NCBI GenBank assembly: GCA_963700285.1
Contig: CAVOXA010000010.1
Location: forward strand, 896,001 to 960,000
Direction of reading: 5' to 3'
DNA from: an uncultured Chloroflexia bacterium
GTDB taxonomy: Bacteria > Chloroflexota > Anaerolineae > JAAYZQ01
Length of the DNA: 64,000 nucleotides
This document shows, piece after piece, positions 57,025 through 64,000 of this stretch (position 1 is its first letter; each line of letters opens with the position of its first letter). The position numbers were made by a program, and so were the translations under genes. Below the pieces are notes generated by a model, which saw only the letters and a program-made list of their open reading frames with translations, was not told where the DNA came from and did not search any database.

Positions 57025-59235
57025 CTACCCTCGCAACCTCGCATCCAGCGCCGTATGCCGTTCCATGATCTGGTTGTTGCGTACGGCAATGCCGGTAGCC
57101 CGTCGGCTGCCCACCAGCACCACCAATTCCTTGGCCCGGGTCACGGCCGTGTACAGCAAGTTGCGCTGCAGCATCACATAGTGCTGGGTCAACACCGGCA
57201 CGACGACGGCCCGGTACTCGCTCCCCTGGCTCTTGTGGACGCTGACGGCGTAGGCGTGGACCAGCTCGTCCAGCTCTGAGAACTCATAAGCCACCTCCTG
57301 CTCGTCCACGCGCACGGCCAGTGCCTGGTTCACCGGATCCAGGCTGATGATGCGCCCCATGTCGCCGTTGTACACCTCTTTATCATAGTTGTTGCGGATC
57401 TGCATCACCCGGTCGCCGGCCCGGAACACCTGCGAAGCGCGTCGGTGCTCGGCTTTGCCTGCTGCTGGGGGATTCAGGGCCGCCTGCAGGCGCCGGTTCA
57501 ACTCGCCCACGCCAGCCGCCCCGCGGTGCATGGGCGACAACACCTGGACGTCCTCCATAGGGTTCATGCCAAAACGGCGGGGGATGCGGTTCTGTACCAG
57601 GTCCACCACCAGGTCGGCGGCCCGCTCGGCATCCTCGGCGGGGAACAGGAAGAAATCGGTCGCCTCCTTGGGAAACTGTGGCATCTCACCCCGGTTGATG
57701 CGGTGCGCGTTCTCGATGATCAGGCTGCCCTCTGTCTGGCGAAAGATCTCCTCCAGTTGCACCACGGCCGCTACCCCGGACTCGATGATGTCCTTGAGCA
57801 CGTTGCCCGCGCCGACGCTGGGCAACTGGTCCACGTCGCCCACCAGCAGCAGGTGGCTTTCGGAATGGATGGCCTTCAGCAGGTTGTTGGTCAGCAGCAG
57901 GTCCAGCATGCTGGCCTCGTCGACGATGACCATATCGGCTTCGATTGGGTTCTCCTCGCTCCGCTGAAACTGGAGCCCCTTGCGCGGTTTGAATTCCAGC
58001 AGGCGGTGGATCGTCTTGGCCGCCCGCCCGGTGGCCTCGGCCAGGCGTTTGGCCGCCCGTCCGGTGGGTGCCGCCAGGGCATAGCTCAAGCCCTTGGCCT
58101 CCAGGAGCCGGATGACGGTCCGTACCGCCGTGGTCTTGCCCGTGCCCGGCCCGCCGGTGAGCACCGTAGCCTTGTTCGTCAGCGCCTTCTGGACGGCGAG
58201 CTGCTGTCCCTGATTCAGCGACAGCCCGCCTTCATCCGCCAGGTACTCAAACACGCGCTCCAGGTCCGCCTTCTGGTAGAAGGCCAGCCGGCTCTTTTCC
58301 ACGTTCAAGATCGTCTTGAGCCGGTTGGCCACGCCGATCTCGCCATAGTAAAAGGGAGGCAGGTAGACGGCCTTCTCCTCTTGCAGCAGTGTGGCTGGCG
58401 GGTGATCATCGGCCGCCTCGTAGGTCATCGACTCGACGAGCACCTGCTGCTCGGAGGCCAAGCCCTCGATCCCCTCTGCCACCAACTCTGGCGGCACTTC
58501 CAGGATGCGCCTGCTCTCGTGCACCAGCTCGCCCTGGGGCGCGTAGACGTGGCCGTCACCCGCCATCTGGCTCAGCGTATAGGTGATGCCGGCCTGTACC
58601 CGTTGCGGGCTATCGTGGGCCAGGCCCAGCTCGCGGGCGATCTTGTCCGCTGTGAGAAAGCCGATGCCATAGATATCGCGGGCCAGGCGATAGGGATCGT
58701 TGCGCACCACGTCGATGCTGGCGTCGCCATAGGTCTTGTAGATCCTCACCGCATGGGAAGTGCTCACGTTGTGGCTCTGCAGGAAGAGCATCACCTCCTT
58801 GATGGCTTTTTGCTCCTCCCAGGCGCTTGTGATTCGGGCCACGCGCTGTTTGCCCACGCCCAGTACTTCGCGCAAGCGCTGCGGATCCTCCTCGATGACG
58901 CGCAGCGTATCCATCTTGAAACGGCGCACGATGCGCCGCGCTGTCACCGGGCCGATGCCCTTGATGAGGCCCGAGCCCAGGTACTTTTCGATGCCGGTCG
59001 CGGTGGCCGGCAGCACGGTGGCATAGCGCTCGACCTGGAACTGGCGGCCGTAGCGGGCATGGGACGCCCACTGCCCGTGCAGCCGCAGGCTCTCGCCCGG
59101 GCTGACTTCCAGCAAATTGCCGACCACCGTCACGGTGTACTCCCGGCCCTCAGGTGTGACCTGGGCGACGGTGTAGCCATTTTCCTCGTTATAGTAGGTG
59201 ATCCGCTCGATGGTGCCGACCAAGATTTCTGACAT
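57025..59235 (-). CDS. recD2: ATP-dependent RecD-like DNA helicase
   Basis: HhH motifs (IKGIG, GIGF), GGPGTGKTT, APTGRAA, VDEASM, GDVDQLPSVG, QIRNNY, HKSQGSE, YTAVTR. Confidence 0.95.
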   Translation of the reverse strand: MSEILVGTIERITYYNEENGYTVAQVTPEGREYTVTVVGNLLEVSPGESLRLHGQWASHARYGRQFQVERYATVLPATATGIEKYLGSGLIKGIGPVTARRIVRRFKMDTLRVIEEDPQRLREVLGVGKQRVARITSAWEEQKAIKEVMLFLQSHNVSTSHAVRIYKTYGDASIDVVRNDPYRLARDIYGIGFLTADKIARELGLAHDSPQRVQAGITYTLSQMAGDGHVYAPQGELVHESRRILEVPPELVAEGIEGLASEQQVLVESMTYEAADDHPPATLLQEEKAVYLPPFYYGEIGVANRLKTILNVEKSRLAFYQKADLERVFEYLADEGGLSLNQGQQLAVQKALTNKATVLTGGPGTGKTTAVRTVIRLLEAKGLSYALAAPTGRAAKRLAEATGRAAKTIHRLLEFKPRKGLQFQRSEENPIEADMVIVDEASMLDLLLTNNLLKAIHSESHLLLVGDVDQLPSVGAGNVLKDIIESGVAAVVQLEEIFRQTEGSLIIENAHRINRGEMPQFPKEATDFFLFPAEDAERAADLVVDLVQNRIPRRFGMNPMEDVQVLSPMHRGAAGVGELNRRLQAALNPPAAGKAEHRRASQVFRAGDRVMQIRNNYDKEVYNGDMGRIISLDPVNQALAVRVDEQEVAYEFSELDELVHAYAVSVHKSQGSEYRAVVVPVLTQHYVMLQRNLLYTAVTRAKELVVLVGSRRATGIAVRNNQIMERHTALDARLRG

Positions 59236-59778
59236 CCGGTCTGCTTGTCCTCATGCCCAGCCTGCTCAACCTGCTATATCATTGGGTTTCCCCGCAAATC
59301 CCAGCTTACCACAACCCCAATCGGCTGTCAACGTCCAATCGGGATCCTCCCGCAGGTCTCTGGTCATACCCCAGTTAGTAGCCTACTCCCGTCATCAGCT
59401 GGAGGTACACCTGCCGGCCCTGCAAGCCTACGCCTGGAGTTACAGCACCTATCGGCGTGTCAGCCAGGCCTTGCAGGTCAGCGAGATGACCGTTCACGTG
59501 GGGTCACCAGGGGACACGATTTCAGATACGTCTTGGCGTCCGATGGCGGCTGAATGGACACGTAAGGACATGAGTGGACACGTTTCGTGTCCTTCCTCAG
59601 CAGGACAGGTGAAATAACAGGGCCGCAGGACTGGGTCTCACCGAGTGAGAGCAGCGGAACGCTATTGGATCTGACAGAGACCCATGACAGTTCTCCTAAT
59701 GCTTTCGGGCCGCTTGTAGCCTGTTCGGTTCTCGAGTATAATTTGGTGGGTCTGAACGAAGAAGGAAAACTGCAGAGA

Positions 59779-60747
59779 ATGCGGCAATTGGCGATAAAAA
59801 GACAACGATGGTTCTGGTTCGTTCTGGTTGGGATGGGCCTGGTCGGACTGCTGATGATTCGGTGTTCGCCTGGAAATCCAGCAGTGACGGCCACGCCGAC
59901 CAAGACCCGGCTTGTGCCGGCCCTGGCAACCAACACTCCGCGACCAACGCCCACGCTCCAACCCAGTGCCACACCCACTTCATCGCCATCGGCCTCTCCG
60001 ACGGTCGCCACAGCCACTCCCATCCCGCCTGTGCCAGCCGCCACCGCCGCCCCAACAGACACACAGCCCGTCCCTTCTCCGACACCAACACCTCTATCAC
60101 CTACCAGCACAGCGACTCTGACGCCGACGGCACCGCCGCCGAGCCCACGGCCACCAACGGCGACGGCCAGATCTCAGCCCCCACTCCCACCCCAGCAAGG
60201 CGGGGAATGGGATATGGAAGCTGGCTTTGTCCCGGGGGTCTCGCCGCTGGGCGAAGATTGTCCGGGATGGTCTGTCGCTGTTGGTTGGCAGGCTTTCTTG
60301 GCGCCTGGTACGCCGGCATCCTCTTGTCTGAATGAGAACAAAAATGTCGCCAACATTCACAGGGGTGAACGCTCTCAGGAGATCACTTTTGACTTTGTCA
60401 GCGCCGAAGCGGGCATCTACCGCCGGTCGCAGACCATCCCCGGACACCACTACCAGATCGAGGTCTGGGGCAAACACGTGAGCAGCAAATCACCGGTGGA
60501 GCTCTCGCTGGGTGTGGATGTCACCGGCGGCGAAGATTGGCAAGCAGCATCAGTGGCATGGCATCCCTGGGACGAAACCGGAGAAGACATCTGGGTACAC
60601 ACTCAGGTTACGGTCCAGGCCAGCGGTGAGACGCTGGCGATCTACCTCAAAGGATACCATCCTTTCGCCGCGCAGGGCGGCGCAACGCTGTTTGACGATG
60701 TACGTGTGGTTGACTTGGGTACGGCACCAGGCGAGGATACAGACTAG
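59779..60747 (+). CDS. Exported protein with Pro/Thr linker and a C-terminal beta-sandwich (CBM-like) domain
   Basis: Hydrophobic N-terminus ending IRC; TPTPT runs; GERSQ...GIY...LFDDVRV. Confidence 0.7.
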   Translation: MRQLAIKRQRWFWFVLVGMGLVGLLMIRCSPGNPAVTATPTKTRLVPALATNTPRPTPTLQPSATPTSSPSASPTVATATPIPPVPAATAAPTDTQPVPSPTPTPLSPTSTATLTPTAPPPSPRPPTATARSQPPLPPQQGGEWDMEAGFVPGVSPLGEDCPGWSVAVGWQAFLAPGTPASSCLNENKNVANIHRGERSQEITFDFVSAEAGIYRRSQTIPGHHYQIEVWGKHVSSKSPVELSLGVDVTGGEDWQAASVAWHPWDETGEDIWVHTQVTVQASGETLAIYLKGYHPFAAQGGATLFDDVRVVDLGTAPGEDTD

Positions 60748-60971
60748 TTTTGGTCGAGGTTGATAAATCCTGAGATCAGGTGCTCAAGGGCAGGTTCTAT
60801 GATACAATGGACACGAGGTCAGATCGAGGAGATCAGCGGGTGAGATCATTGACTACTGGAGTAAACGCACAGTTGCAGGACTATTGTTGATGCCAGCCAC
60901 CCGGCACAATTTTCTTCATTTGAATGAGGCGGGGCATGCTAGAGCAAAAGCCCTTTGACAGGGGGGATCCA

Positions 60972-62018
60972 ATGAAAGCCAGACTCCTGGTCATCCTGAT
61001 GCTGGCCATGCTGGCCAGTTGCGCACCAGCTGAACCTCCTGCCGAGGTATCCATTCCCTTTGTCTGGGCGTATCGTGCGGGCGACTATGTCCGGGGGACC
61101 CCACTCGTGAGCGACGGCGTCGTCTATGTGGGCGCCGACGATAACGTCTTGCACGCCATTGATACCGGTACTGGCGAGGCAATGTGGCAGTATGAGACGG
61201 CAGATAATATTACCTCTACACCTGCCGCAGGGAAAGACACCATCTACTTTGGTTCCTGGGACGGTACCGTCTACGCACTGGATGCCGGGGAGGGCGATCC
61301 ACGCTGGAAATATGAGACAGATGGCTGGGTGACCGCATCCCCAGTGATGGGGATTGATCGCCTCTATGTCGGTTCCCACGATGGCTTCCTCTACGCCCTG
61401 AATGCCGAGGACGGCGAACGGATGTGGTGGTACAGGACGGAGGGCCCCATCGTGGGTGGCGCTGCACTCGCTGGTACCACCGTCTTGGTCGGATCGACCG
61501 ACAACTATCTCTACGCCCTCGATACCTCCAGGGGCGAACTGCTGTGGCGCTATCGGACGGGCGGGGATATCGTCTCCACACCAGCCGTTGACCCCGAAAC
61601 CGTCTATGTAGGTTCCGTCGACCGGAAGCTGTACGCCCTCGACGTCGCCAGCGGAGAACCTCGCTGGGCCTTTGAGGCTGGTGATGCCATCGAATCATCG
61701 CCGGCCGTTGCCGACGGTGTAGTCTATTTCGGCGCCAATGACGGCAAGCTCTATGCGCTGCGCGCCGCAGACGGGCGCCCCCAGTGGCAGTATCAGGCGG
61801 GGGACATTGTCCGCTCTTCGCCGGTAGTTTGGGGAGACCTGGTTTTTGTCGGCTCCGACGATGGCTATCTCTACGGTCTGGACCGAGGGACGGGGGCGCA
61901 AGTGTGGCGCTATCGAACCGCAGGCGCCATCGCGGCAAGTCCTGCTGTGGCTGATGAGGGACTGTTCGTCGGGTCCACCGATCGGTACCTGCACGCCTTT
62001 GACCTGGGGTCAGAGTAG
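60972..62018 (+). CDS. PQQ-like beta-propeller lipoprotein (BamB/AfsK-type repeats)
   Basis: Lipobox LASC; about eight SSP.V..G.VYVGS.D..LYALD...G...W repeats. Confidence 0.9.
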   Translation: MKARLLVILMLAMLASCAPAEPPAEVSIPFVWAYRAGDYVRGTPLVSDGVVYVGADDNVLHAIDTGTGEAMWQYETADNITSTPAAGKDTIYFGSWDGTVYALDAGEGDPRWKYETDGWVTASPVMGIDRLYVGSHDGFLYALNAEDGERMWWYRTEGPIVGGAALAGTTVLVGSTDNYLYALDTSRGELLWRYRTGGDIVSTPAVDPETVYVGSVDRKLYALDVASGEPRWAFEAGDAIESSPAVADGVVYFGANDGKLYALRAADGRPQWQYQAGDIVRSSPVVWGDLVFVGSDDGYLYGLDRGTGAQVWRYRTAGAIAASPAVADEGLFVGSTDRYLHAFDLGSE

Positions 62019-62028
62019 GAGATCCGCA

Positions 62029-63915
62029 GTGAAACTACGGGAGACAGAAGGCACTGTTTGGCGACCTGGCCGTCGGCGTTGGATGCTGGGCATCGCACTC
62101 TTGGGTTTGATCTCCGTAGCCATCGTTGCCTGGGCGTTCCGCGACTATGCACGCTCGCCCCAAGCCCTCTACCGTGAGGCCCAAACGGCACGACCTGATC
62201 GGGCTGCGGTACTCTATACTCGACTGGCCGAAAAGCTTCCCCAACTTGAGGAGTATATGCAGATGTGGGCGGCTGAGGCGTTGATGCCCGATCTGGTGGC
62301 AGTACAGACGTTGCAGGCTGTCGCAGCCTACCGGCCACAGAGCCCTGCAGCCTATCAGGCGCATATTGCCATGGCCCGGCATCTGGCCAGCATCGAGGCA
62401 CCCGAAGCGGAGGGGGAATATCGTGCCGCGCTGGCGCTGCAAGCTTCAGTTGCCCTGCGCCTGGAGCTGGCTCGCTACCTCGAAGAACAGGGGGCTAACG
62501 AGGCAGCCTACGCCGAATATCTGCAGATCTTGGGGGAGCGCGCTGACGCATTTGATGGGATGCGCCGGACAGGGAAGGATCCCTTGGCGGTGGCCCAAGA
62601 TCTGAACGCGGCCTACTACTACACTGATGCCCTGGAGACGCTTCGCGGGGTTGAGAGCCCGGAGGCTCTGCCCTTGCGTGCTGTGGCACTGGCAGGATTA
62701 CAGCGGCATAGCGAAGCGGAGGAGGCATATGTTGCCTGGCTGGAGCAGACACCTAATGACAGTACTGCCCAACTTGGCCTGGCCCAGAGCCTGGTCCAGC
62801 TTGAGCGTCCAGATGAAGCGCTGTTCCTCCTTCAGGAAGTTGGCACCGCGGACAGCCAACTGGTTCAGGCCAATCTCATGGCAGCAGAGGATCCGGACGG
62901 AGCTGTGGACCTGTACATGGACTCTCCCTACCCCGTAGCCTGGTGGACAGCAACCTCGCTGTTGGAAACGCAGGGCAGGCTGACGGAGACATTGCCCCTC
63001 TACGCCCGTGTAGGAGAACAGTACAACTCCCTGAGTGATGACGCCGCCTACCGCCTGTACATCGTGGGCCAGAGGGCTGAGGAGCCGGGTGCCCAAGCGG
63101 AGGGTGAAGCCCTACTGGAGGGCCTTGGCTTGAGCTGGTTGGGGCTGCGAGCCGGCGTCCTTGATCTGGGGCATGAACTGGAGCTGGCAACATCGGCCCC
63201 TCTGGTTGCAGCTGGGGACGGCATTTTGGAGAAGGTAGAGGCATTGGAGTCCATTGGCCGCCACGACCTGGCGCGCATGGAACTGATGCTTGCCGCGCAA
63301 GCCCGGCGCGCACCGGAAGTAGATCTGGCTATGGCCGAGGCCTTGGCATTGGGGAACCATGTCCACGATGCTCAAGCCATCGCCGCTGGATACCTGGAAG
63401 AGCATTCGCGCGCCCCCCGGGCTTTTTGGGAATTGAGCTATCCGCGGCCCTATTCGGCTACCGTCGAGGCAGCGGCGACGGAGTTCGACATCGATCCGCG
63501 GCTCATCTGGGCTGTAATGCGTGAGGAGAGCCGCTATGATCCAGAAGCGCTTTCGTACGTCGGCGCACGGGGCCTGATGCAGGTCATGCCACCCACTCAG
63601 GCCTGGATTGCCGAGATGTTGGAAGAGGAGATCCCACCAGGAGACGCATTCACGCCTGAGGCCAGTATTCGCATGGGAGCCTGGTTTCTGCGTTTCCTCC
63701 TAGATTATTTTGAGGATGACCTGGAGTTGGTTATCGCCGCCTACAATGGCGGCGCTGGCAGCGTAGATAGCTGGCTGGCGGACCCCCTGGTGTCCAACCG
63801 GGACGATCTGCTGCGCTGGATCGGTTATGGAGAGACCCGAGAGTATCTATCACGGGTGTTGCTGAGTTACGAGATTTATAAAGAACTGTATCCACATAGC
63901 GGCGGTGGGGAATAG
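62029..63915 (+). CDS. Soluble lytic transglycosylase-like protein with TPR-like N-terminus
   Basis: AVMREES, GARGLMQVMP, AAYNGG, YGETREY; N-terminal TM helix; GTG 62029 after AGGAG. Confidence 0.9.
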   Translation: MKLRETEGTVWRPGRRRWMLGIALLGLISVAIVAWAFRDYARSPQALYREAQTARPDRAAVLYTRLAEKLPQLEEYMQMWAAEALMPDLVAVQTLQAVAAYRPQSPAAYQAHIAMARHLASIEAPEAEGEYRAALALQASVALRLELARYLEEQGANEAAYAEYLQILGERADAFDGMRRTGKDPLAVAQDLNAAYYYTDALETLRGVESPEALPLRAVALAGLQRHSEAEEAYVAWLEQTPNDSTAQLGLAQSLVQLERPDEALFLLQEVGTADSQLVQANLMAAEDPDGAVDLYMDSPYPVAWWTATSLLETQGRLTETLPLYARVGEQYNSLSDDAAYRLYIVGQRAEEPGAQAEGEALLEGLGLSWLGLRAGVLDLGHELELATSAPLVAAGDGILEKVEALESIGRHDLARMELMLAAQARRAPEVDLAMAEALALGNHVHDAQAIAAGYLEEHSRAPRAFWELSYPRPYSATVEAAATEFDIDPRLIWAVMREESRYDPEALSYVGARGLMQVMPPTQAWIAEMLEEEIPPGDAFTPEASIRMGAWFLRFLLDYFEDDLELVIAAYNGGAGSVDSWLADPLVSNRDDLLRWIGYGETREYLSRVLLSYEIYKELYPHSGGGE

Positions 63916-63979
63916 ACTCAAGTCTGGCCGTCCTGCTGTGATCGTTGCTTCGCTTATTCCTACGCAGATTTCCCCTCAG

Positions 63980-64000
63980 TTGACAACAGAACAAATGTTC
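63980..64000 (+). promoter_or_regulatory. -35 TTGACA followed by a LexA/SOS box GAAC-N4-GTTC
   Basis: TTGACA 63980-63985; GAACAAATGTTC 63989-64000. Confidence 0.65.

Noticed and set aside
61080-62000. About 120-bp periodic repeats
   Set aside because: Explained by PQQ-type propeller blades.
1-64000. rRNA, tRNA, prophage, reverse transcriptase or integrase
   Set aside because: None recognised by eye; tRNAscan-SE and Infernal were not run.

Overview
Gene-dense, GC-rich bacterial chromosome segment. It is most consistent with Chloroflexota/Anaerolineae; this is inferred from the C-terminal FLPLVxK-type motif, many Pro/Thr-linker surface proteins, a GAAC-N4-GTTC SOS box and small palindromic repeats. 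1-8.9 kb: a B12/biotin acyl-CoA cluster with MeaB, one B12-binding small subunit, two mutase large subunits with different active-site signatures (Tyr/Arg = methylmalonyl-CoA type; Phe/Gln = isobutyryl-CoA type), an epimerase, and a transcarboxylase-like 12S/5S/biotin-carrier trio with no biotin carboxylase. 9-21 kb: tpiA, a GT2 glycosyltransferase, rfbD, four membrane-anchored Ig/CARDB/PEGA/FHA/TPR-TolB proteins and a site-2 protease. 21-34 kb: a decaying accessory region with a frameshifted IS256, many gene fragments, a shattered SARP-nSTAND-WD40 gene and a MalT/LuxR gene broken by one TGA inside a perfect palindrome. 34-52 kb: a DUF1848-like gene, an ABC-F gene with a complete leader-peptide attenuator, murE, an exonuclease/PflX radical SAM/dynamin operon, a 5'-nucleotidase with a small beta-grasp ORF, a lipoprotein-type PIMT, a secreted protein and a GcvT-family dehydrogenase. 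52-64 kb: hypothetical genes, an intact IS3-family element, recD2, a PQQ-propeller lipoprotein and a lytic transglycosylase. No rRNA, tRNA or CRISPR array was seen. All family calls come from recognising motifs by eye, not from database searches.
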